Source of the DNA: a virus
Lineage: Duplodnaviria; Caudoviricetes
DNA: 64,000 nucleotides
Strand: one strand, 5' to 3'
Virus record (IMG/VR): IMGVR_UViG_3300044655_001017
The notes beneath the pieces were generated by a model, which had not been told where the DNA came from, searched no databases, and saw only the letters and a list, made by a program, of their open reading frames with translations. Each line of letters opens with the position of its first letter. The stretch's first letter is position 1. Positions 57,604 to 64,000 of the stretch are shown piece after piece. A program made the position numbers and the translations under genes.

Positions 57604-59754
57604 TTGATGTCATTAATTCTTTCAAATTTACTAAGAACAACAATCACTGTGGTAACTCCGGTATCACTCGGGGGTACCGGAGTTACATCGATCGCTGGTT
57701 TAGTAAAAGGTAATGGTACAGCAGCATTTACTGCAGCACAAATAGGAGTAGATTTTATAGCTCCAAACGGCGCATTAGGAAATCCAATAAGTGGTGACTT
57801 GTTGTCATGTACTAATGCAATTGCATATGGATTAAAAACATCGTCGTCTACAATAAGTATCTCGACTGCAACTGCACCAACGACCGGTCAAATGCTAACT
57901 GCAACTAGCGCAACTACTGCAATCTGGCAAACTCCGACCGGTGGCACCGTTACTAACGTATCTGCATTATCTATTGGCTCTAATGGCACTGATGTGTCGT
58001 CTTCTGTCACAAATGGATCAAGCACTCCTGTTATTACGTTAAATATTCCAACCGCATCGAGTACTGTTAGAGGTGTTTTAAGTACAGCAGATTGGGTTAC
58101 TTTTAATAGCAAACTTGGTTCAGTACCGATTGCAAGTAGTACAATATTAGGGGGTGTAAAAGTTGGTAGCGGGCTAGATATTAACGGATCAGGCGTTCTC
58201 AGTACCACATATACATTACCGACGTCAAGTACCTCGGTATTAGGGGGTGTAAAAGTTGATGGTACTACTATTACAATTAATGGCAGTGGCATAATTAGCG
58301 TAAATGGAAGTTCATTACCTGCATCAACTACTTCTACCTTAGGAACTGTAATTGTTCCAGCAGTTAGCACAAGTGGAATAACTAATACTAGCGGAACTAT
58401 TAGCCTAGCAGTTGCTAGTAATACACAACTAGGTGGTGTTAAAGTTGACAATAGTACAATTACAATTAACGGTAGTGGTGTTATTAGTGTAGTGTCATCG
58501 TTTACAACTGGATTATCTATCGGAACTTCATTAACGATTCCAACAGGTGATACTGCATCAAGACCAACTGCTACTCAAGGTAATTTAAGATTTAATACGA
58601 GCCTTGGAAAATTTGAAGGTTATTATGGTAGTGCATGGGGTGCAGTTGGCGGAGGATTGAGCCCAACTGCAATACAAACTAGTAATGGATATATTGCTAA
58701 AGCAAACGATCTTGTTAGATGTAATACTACCGCAGGTGCATTTTCAATTACATTACCTAGTAATCCAGTAGACGGTGACATTGTAGGCGTAATCGATACT
58801 CACAAAATGTTTGCTGTTAATAATTTAACAATATTAGTTGCTGGTTCTAAACAAATAGAAGACGATACCGCATCACTAATACTTGATATAGCCGGTTCTT
58901 ATATAGCATTAGTTTATAACGACGTTAACAGTAATTGGAGAATATTAGAAACTCCACTCGGAACCGGTATTAGTTCTACTAGTATTATAACTACTAATGG
59001 ATATGTTGCATCAGTGAACGACCTAGTAAGATGTGATACAACAACTGCTGCATTCTCAGTAACATTGCCGTCAAATCCAATTGATGGAAGTATTGTTAAT
59101 TTTGTAGATGTAGCAAGTGCTGGATCTTTTCTTACAAATAACTTAACTGTTTTACCTGGTATTGGCAAAACAGTCGAAAATGACACATCATTATTGTTAG
59201 ATGTTAATGGAACTTATGTTTCTCTAGTATATAATCTAAGTACATCTAACTGGAAAGTATTACAAGCTCCTTACTGCTTATTAGGAAACGTAACAACATC
59301 TATTACACTAAGCGGGTTAACTAAAGGTACTGGCAATACATTAACTAACGCGGTTGCAGGTACCGATTATCAAGCTCCGATCGGCACAATTAGCGGATTA
59401 GTTAAAGGTAATGGTGCAAATGCATTAACTGCAGCTACTGCTGGTGTTGATTATATGCCAGCTGTTACATGGGTTATAAAAAATACAACATACAATCCTG
59501 CTGTAGCAGGAGATCATATTTTAGCAAATACGTCTGGCGGAACATTTACTATTACATTACCTGCCTCTCCGGCTGCTAGCAATACAATAGTCATTGCTGA
59601 TTATGCCGGTACATTTGCAACAAGTAATCTTACAATTGCATCAAATGGTAATAAAATACTAGGAACAGTCCAGGATTTAGTGCTGAATGTATCAAATAGA
59701 AACGCCACTCTAGTCTACACCGATAGCACTAGAGGTTGGATAATACTTTTTTAA
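57604..59754 (+). CDS. modular tail fiber protein
   Basis: TATAAATA (57569); LGGVKV repeats, 'IPTGDTASRP...GNLRFNT' and three 'DTT..AF.(V/I)TLP..P' domains. Confidence 0.85.
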   Translation: MMSLILSNLLRTTITVVTPVSLGGTGVTSIAGLVKGNGTAAFTAAQIGVDFIAPNGALGNPISGDLLSCTNAIAYGLKTSSSTISISTATAPTTGQMLTATSATTAIWQTPTGGTVTNVSALSIGSNGTDVSSSVTNGSSTPVITLNIPTASSTVRGVLSTADWVTFNSKLGSVPIASSTILGGVKVGSGLDINGSGVLSTTYTLPTSSTSVLGGVKVDGTTITINGSGIISVNGSSLPASTTSTLGTVIVPAVSTSGITNTSGTISLAVASNTQLGGVKVDNSTITINGSGVISVVSSFTTGLSIGTSLTIPTGDTASRPTATQGNLRFNTSLGKFEGYYGSAWGAVGGGLSPTAIQTSNGYIAKANDLVRCNTTAGAFSITLPSNPVDGDIVGVIDTHKMFAVNNLTILVAGSKQIEDDTASLILDIAGSYIALVYNDVNSNWRILETPLGTGISSTSIITTNGYVASVNDLVRCDTTTAAFSVTLPSNPIDGSIVNFVDVASAGSFLTNNLTVLPGIGKTVENDTSLLLDVNGTYVSLVYNLSTSNWKVLQAPYCLLGNVTTSITLSGLTKGTGNTLTNAVAGTDYQAPIGTISGLVKGNGANALTAATAGVDYMPAVTWVIKNTTYNPAVAGDHILANTSGGTFTITLPASPAASNTIVIADYAGTFATSNLTIASNGNKILGTVQDLVLNVSNRNATLVYTDSTRGWIILF

Positions 59755-59767
59755 TAGGATTTAACAT

Positions 59768-60445
59768 ATGAGTTTACTAATGAGTACATTATTAGGTGCC
59801 GGCGGTGCTGGCGGCGGGTGGAATCGTTCTCAAACATTTACTAGCAGCGGTACATGGACGCGGCCATCTGTTACAGTGACTGAATGTATGGTTGTTCTGC
59901 TTGGCGGCGGAGGTGGTGGAGGTTCTGGCGGTTATGGACAAGATACTACTAAACTAACTGGCGGCGCTGGAGGCGGTGGAGGCAGTGGATATTTAACCAC
60001 TGCAATTGTTCAAATTACGTCAAATTTAACCGTATCTTTAGGCTCAGGGGGCGCAGCAGCTACTTCTGCTGGCGCAGGAGGCGCTACAGGAGGAACGTCT
60101 ACAGTTACAGGTACAGGCGTGTCTTTATCCGCTTCCGGCGGAACTGGTGGAGGATATGGTGATTTCTTTCAAGTTAATGGTAACGTATATCGTGGTTTTG
60201 GAGGACTTGGCGGCCTTGGAGGGAATAACGGAGCTACAGGCTCTAACGGGTTTATTCTAACCGCTGGACAAACAGAGTCTTTATATGTTATAGGAGGTAC
60301 TGGCGGAAGCTCACCTTTAAATAATGCTTTTGGATACGGCGGTCAAGGCGCTAGAGGGGTAAGTAACCAATCTAGTTCTAGTAATTCATTTATTAACATT
60401 ACCGCAGGTACTGGTGGGTATTGCCTTATTTTTTGGAGAGAGTAA
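59768..60445 (+). CDS. glycine-rich tip protein 3
   Basis: 'QTFTSSGTWTRP.....V.LLGGGGGG...GTGGYCLIFW'. Confidence 0.82.
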   Translation: MSLLMSTLLGAGGAGGGWNRSQTFTSSGTWTRPSVTVTECMVVLLGGGGGGGSGGYGQDTTKLTGGAGGGGGSGYLTTAIVQITSNLTVSLGSGGAAATSAGAGGATGGTSTVTGTGVSLSASGGTGGGYGDFFQVNGNVYRGFGGLGGLGGNNGATGSNGFILTAGQTESLYVIGGTGGSSPLNNAFGYGGQGARGVSNQSSSSNSFINITAGTGGYCLIFWRE

Positions 60446-60828
60446 TGAGATACGCAAAAATATTAAATTCAAAAGTAGAAAACACTATCGTTTTGCGTGA
60501 TGAAGATGTACATTTGATGCCTAGCGATTGGGTGCTTGTTAAATCAGATACAGCAAACATTGGTGACGAGTATCTTAACGGCGTTTTCATTCCTCCCGCA
60601 CCTGTTGTACCAGAAACGCTACCAAAACGCTTATCCTTAGACGACATCCGCAATGCACTAACACTTGCTGAAAAGATCAAATGGGACAATAACAAAACCG
60701 ATGAAATCACGACTGTAAAAGTTGAATTTTCAACTCCGTTACTTGTTGCCGATGCAGAACAATGGCTACAACTGCTAGTCGACAGTGGTTCTATTTCACA
60801 AGAGTCGATTGATAAAATTTTAGCATAA
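60445..60828 (+). CDS. small fiber-associated chaperone-like protein (start at TAATG overlap)
   Basis: MRYAKILNSKVENTIV...ANIGDEY.NGVF.PP; coupled to the stop codon of 59768. Confidence 0.75.
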   Translation: MRYAKILNSKVENTIVLRDEDVHLMPSDWVLVKSDTANIGDEYLNGVFIPPAPVVPETLPKRLSLDDIRNALTLAEKIKWDNNKTDEITTVKVEFSTPLLVADAEQWLQLLVDSGSISQESIDKILA

Positions 60829-60846
60829 TATAGAAAAGGAAACTAA

Positions 60847-61743
60847 ATGGCAAAAAATCTTTCAAATATAATACGAGCAGGATCTGGAAGTAATCCATTG
60901 CCTATTACATACGGCGGTACTGGCGCAACTACACTTACAGGTGTTTTAAGAGGTAACGGAACAGGAGCAGTTACTGCTGCATCTGCCGGAACAGATTACC
61001 TAGCGCCACCGACAGGAACATCGTTATTGAAAGCAAATTTAGGTGGCGCGTTAGCGAATGCGGTTGCCGGAACGGATTATTTTGCTGCGGTTGCTCCGGG
61101 CACATCTGGTAACGTGTTAGTATCTAACGGCACTACATGGGCATCTAGTGCTCCAGCAAGTGGTGGTTTTTCTAATCTAGTTGTATTCACTTCTTCTGGA
61201 ACGTGGTCAGTCCCTGCAGGAGTTACTAAGTGTAAAGTGACTGTTACCGGCGGTGGTGCCGGTGGCGCCTCTAGTGGGAGCAGCGGTAATGGTGGTGCTA
61301 GTGGCTCCGCCGGTGGTACAGCAATTAAGGTTGTTACATTGAGCAGTGGAACAGCAACAATTACTATTGGCGCAGGCGGAGGAGGAAGCGCCGCTGGTGG
61401 AGCTAGCAGTTTTACTTACTCTACAACTACGTTAACCGGTGGAGGAGGAGCAAGCAGCGGTACTTTTGTTGCCGGTGCGGGAGGTGCAGCATCCGGCGGT
61501 GACCTAAACATTAGCGGTGGTGGTGGCACAGGAATCCTAGGATCGGGCTCCATTCAAGTTGGCGGAGGCCCAGGAGGGAACTCGATATGGGGAGGCGCAG
61601 GCGGCGGAGGAAATGCTAATCCAGGTCAAGGAACTTCTAATGGGCAAACTGCTGCGACGAATTCCGGTAGTGGCGGTGGCGGTCCGGGATCAAACGGTTC
61701 AGGCGGCTCAGGTGCTGCTGGCATTGTAGTAATTGAATATTAA
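60847..61743 (+). CDS. fiber protein with glycine-rich tip 4
   Basis: MAKNLSNIIR N-terminus, GNGTGAVTAA..GTDY motifs, 'VFTSSGTWSVPAGVTKCKVTVTGGG...GAAGIVVIEY'. Confidence 0.85.
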   Translation: MAKNLSNIIRAGSGSNPLPITYGGTGATTLTGVLRGNGTGAVTAASAGTDYLAPPTGTSLLKANLGGALANAVAGTDYFAAVAPGTSGNVLVSNGTTWASSAPASGGFSNLVVFTSSGTWSVPAGVTKCKVTVTGGGAGGASSGSSGNGGASGSAGGTAIKVVTLSSGTATITIGAGGGGSAAGGASSFTYSTTTLTGGGGASSGTFVAGAGGAASGGDLNISGGGGTGILGSGSIQVGGGPGGNSIWGGAGGGGNANPGQGTSNGQTAATNSGSGGGGPGSNGSGGSGAAGIVVIEY

Positions 61744-61756
61744 CGGGGGTAGAGAT

Positions 61757-62005
61757 ATGGCACATTATGCAGTAATCGAAAACGGCAATGTTGTAAACAC
61801 TGTTGAAGCAGATGCAGAATATGCATTACAAAACGGATGGGTAGCGGCTGAAAAAGAAGTGTGTATTGGTTGGGTTTATTTGGATGGAAACTTTATAGAT
61901 GAAAGACCAATTGAAGCACTAATCGATGATACGCCTGTTCAACCAACTAAAGAAGAACTTATTGCACAGATTGAACTTTTAACTAAGCAAATTCAAGCAC
62001 TGTGA
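61757..62005 (+). CDS. small fiber-associated chaperone-like protein
   Basis: MAHYAVIENGNVVNTV...IGWVY.DGNF..., paralogous to the 60445 protein; GGT/AGAG RBS before 61757. Confidence 0.75.
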   Translation: MAHYAVIENGNVVNTVEADAEYALQNGWVAAEKEVCIGWVYLDGNFIDERPIEALIDDTPVQPTKEELIAQIELLTKQIQAL

Positions 62006-62009
62006 TAGT

Positions 62010-62017
62010 TATAAATA
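62010..62017 (+). promoter_or_regulatory. T4-late-like promoter TATAAATA
   Basis: Exact consensus upstream of the 62052 gene. Confidence 0.65.
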
Positions 62018-62051
62018 GTTTATTATTTGACTAATCATACAAGGAAACTAA

Positions 62052-62759
62052 ATGTCAAAAAATTTATCAGCACTGTTAAGAACTGGTAGTAGCACTCCAT
62101 TAACAATTGCTAGCAATTCAATACTAGGTGGTGTAAAAGTTGACGGAACTACTATTACAATTAATCCATCAACTGGTGTTATTAGTGGTGCAAACACATA
62201 CTCATTAATTGCTACAACTACAACAACATTAGGTGGTGTAATTATACCAGTAGTTGGAACTAGTGGTATTTCTAATTCATCAGGTACAATTGGGTTAGCA
62301 ACTGCAAGTACTACACAATTAGGTGGTGTAAAAGTTGACGGAACTACTATTACAATTAACGGTAGTGGTGTTATTAGCATAACAGAACCAACTACTACAC
62401 TATCAAGTACTGCAACTACCCTTACTATTGATTTAACTACAACTACTACGTCAACAATAATTATTACATGTGATACTACTGCTAGTCAAGCAAAAACTTT
62501 TAATTTTACTGGCACTCCTGCTACAATGATTAGTACAAACATATTCTCAATAAATGTTATTGTTAAAAACAACGTAGCAATTTCTAGTTTAACGTGGCAA
62601 CGTGCAGGAGTCGCAGGTAATGTTAAATGGCCAAATGGTGCAATTCCTCCTGCCACATTGACTGCAATTGGTACCGGGGGTTATGATGTTTGGACATTTT
62701 TTACAACAGATGGCGGTACAACGTTTGCCGGAAGTTTATCAATGTATGGAGTTAGATAA
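62052..62759 (+). CDS. short modular fiber protein
   Basis: TATAAATA (62010); MSKNLSALLR; two LGGVKVDGTTITIN repeats; C-terminal 'KWPNG..P...T.....DVWTFFT.DGGTTF.G' domain. Confidence 0.85.
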   Translation: MSKNLSALLRTGSSTPLTIASNSILGGVKVDGTTITINPSTGVISGANTYSLIATTTTTLGGVIIPVVGTSGISNSSGTIGLATASTTQLGGVKVDGTTITINGSGVISITEPTTTLSSTATTLTIDLTTTTTSTIIITCDTTASQAKTFNFTGTPATMISTNIFSINVIVKNNVAISSLTWQRAGVAGNVKWPNGAIPPATLTAIGTGGYDVWTFFTTDGGTTFAGSLSMYGVR

Positions 62760-62761
62760 CC

Positions 62762-63577
62762 ATGATTGGCAAATTTTTTGGGAAGTTAATTCGTGAAATA
62801 ACTCCTGCTGATATGACTCCAGTTACTATTAATTCGTCCGGAACTTATAATCCTAGATACGGAAAACAACGTATTTTCATATCCGGAGCCGGTGGGGTAG
62901 GAACTTATATTCCTGGAAACTTTTACGACAATTCGTATACTAATTCTGGATATACAAATCCAGCTGTTAATAACTCGTATACTAATCCTGGATCTACTAA
63001 TGCAGCGCAAAACGGTGTACAAGTCGGAGTTTATTATGTAAACTGGAGTCCAAGTACCTGGTATGCTGATGCTTCTGGGCCTCCGGGAAATTGGAGTTGG
63101 TATTATAATGTAGTTACCCAGTCTGTTACATATTATAACTTTTATGCATATTATTCTCCGTATCCGAGTAGTGTTAATACAATGGGCGGGTATAACATGC
63201 CAGGCAATGGTGGTACTACTCCATCTAGTCCGTATGCAGTCGGAACTCCTGGGGCGGGACAACTTTACGGTAATGTGCCAGCATATTATCAACCGGGCAA
63301 TTACGTTCCGGGCAATTACGACCCAGGAAATTACGTTCCGGGGAATTACGTTTCAGGAAACACCGGAACAAATGCAGGTACTACAAATACCGGATCTACC
63401 TTTAATATATTTGGAGTATCATTACCAGGAGGTGTAGGCGGCGCTGCAACTGCAATACCCCCAACGCTTGGAAGCTTTACAAGTTATTATACAAGCTACT
63501 ATACAGTTTATGATACTTCGCCTATAACAGTAACAGTGCCCACAGGCGGGTACGTTATAATTACATTCACACTATAA
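62762..63577 (+). CDS. Tyr/Asn/Gly/Pro-rich protein with PGNY repeats, split 'NSSGTYNP.YGK...GVGG.AT' frame
   Basis: 271-aa ORF; (PGNYV/D)x4 block; very aromatic insert. Confidence 0.8.
   Translation: MIGKFFGKLIREITPADMTPVTINSSGTYNPRYGKQRIFISGAGGVGTYIPGNFYDNSYTNSGYTNPAVNNSYTNPGSTNAAQNGVQVGVYYVNWSPSTWYADASGPPGNWSWYYNVVTQSVTYYNFYAYYSPYPSSVNTMGGYNMPGNGGTTPSSPYAVGTPGAGQLYGNVPAYYQPGNYVPGNYDPGNYVPGNYVSGNTGTNAGTTNTGSTFNIFGVSLPGGVGGAATAIPPTLGSFTSYYTSYYTVYDTSPITVTVPTGGYVIITFTL
63293..63361 (+). repeat. 15-bp tandem repeat x4.5 (PGNYV/D)
   Basis: ccgggcaattacgtt / ccgggcaattacgac / ccaggaaattacgtt / ccggggaattacgtt / tcaggaaac. Confidence 0.9.
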
Positions 63578-63582
63578 AAATT

Positions 63583-64000
63583 ATGTATACAATACCAGAT
63601 ATTCACACTGCATTAGAACCATTAGTTTGTTGGTCAGGTGCATTTACAGAAGAAGAAATTAATAAAATAATTAAAATGGGAGACGAATTAGCGTTCCAGC
63701 GAGCAAAAGTTGGTTCAAAAAATTCTGAAGATTTAAAAATTAGAAATAGTACAGTATCTTGGATACAACCAAATGAAGAAACTAGTTGGCTATTTAATAA
63801 AATGGCTGAAATAGTTGCTAGGATTAATACTGACAAGTATCAATTTACATTATCTCATATAGAAGCACTACAATATACTACATATGAAATTAACGAGTTT
63901 TATGGTTGGCATATTGACGGAGCAGCAAAGGATACGTTTGGACCACATCATAGAAAATTAGGAATTTCTGTTATATTATCAGATCCGGATAGCGAATTCA
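63583..64000 (+). CDS. 2OG-Fe(II) oxygenase (prolyl-4-hydroxylase/PKHD-like), 3' partial
   Basis: Not in the ORF track. My translation reads MYTIPD...AFTEEEINKII...IRNSTVSWI...N..KYQF.L...EALQYT.Y....FYGWHID...RKLGISVILSDP; the HxD iron-binding motif is present and the frame runs off the window. Confidence 0.88.
   Translation, partial: MYTIPDIHTALEPLVCWSGAFTEEEINKIIKMGDELAFQRAKVGSKNSEDLKIRNSTVSWIQPNEETSWLFNKMAEIVARINTDKYQFTLSHIEALQYTTYEINEFYGWHIDGAAKDTFGPHHRKLGISVILSDPDSEF

Noticed and set aside
4899-62380. Numerous minus-strand and off-frame ORFs in the track (e.g. 9202, 31314, 51280, 55845, 57888, 62048)
   Set aside because: Antisense shadows of long + strand genes with biased ACT/GGT/GTT codons that avoid stops on the opposite strand; no family motifs.
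3502-63361. Short tandem repeats as CRISPR or iteron arrays
   Set aside because: All have periods that are multiples of 3, lie in frame within CDSs and lack unique spacers.
1-64000. Alternative genetic code (stop reassignment) as in some jumbo phages
   Set aside because: Genes are full length under code 11, and TAA, TAG and TGA all end credible genes.

Overview
AT-rich segment of a large T4-like (myovirus-type) bacteriophage genome, almost entirely late/virion genes on the + strand. Positions 1-2.2 kb hold a nucleic-acid processing cluster: a GIY-YIG/NUMOD3 homing endonuclease (5' truncated), a hypothetical, an Hjc-type Holliday junction resolvase and RNase HI. About 670 bp of noncoding DNA follows, with many stems and an AT-rich tail. 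Next come a Pro-repeat protein, two minus-strand baseplate-hub-like genes (gp26-like plus a small partner), a tape-measure/gp29-like protein and the T4-type head module (portal, two core/scaffold-like genes, prohead protease, scaffold, major capsid protein). The remaining ~48 kb is Thr/Ser/Gly/Asn-rich fiber, baseplate or decoration genes built from shuffled modules. It includes paralogous giant pairs, four Gly-rich tip + small chaperone-like cassettes, a deletion-fused pseudogene/GmhB-like chimera, and a PGNY-repeat protein followed by a 2OG-Fe(II) oxygenase cut by the window end. T4-late-promoter-like (TA/GA)TAAATA boxes precede many genes. The most promising undescribed elements are the RNase H-adjacent large structured RNA/origin candidate, two structured late-gene leader RNAs, the modular multi-tip fiber arsenal and the possible fiber-hydroxylation pair. 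No tRNA, rRNA, CRISPR array, reverse transcriptase or integrase was seen. All homology calls are from motif recognition, not database searches.
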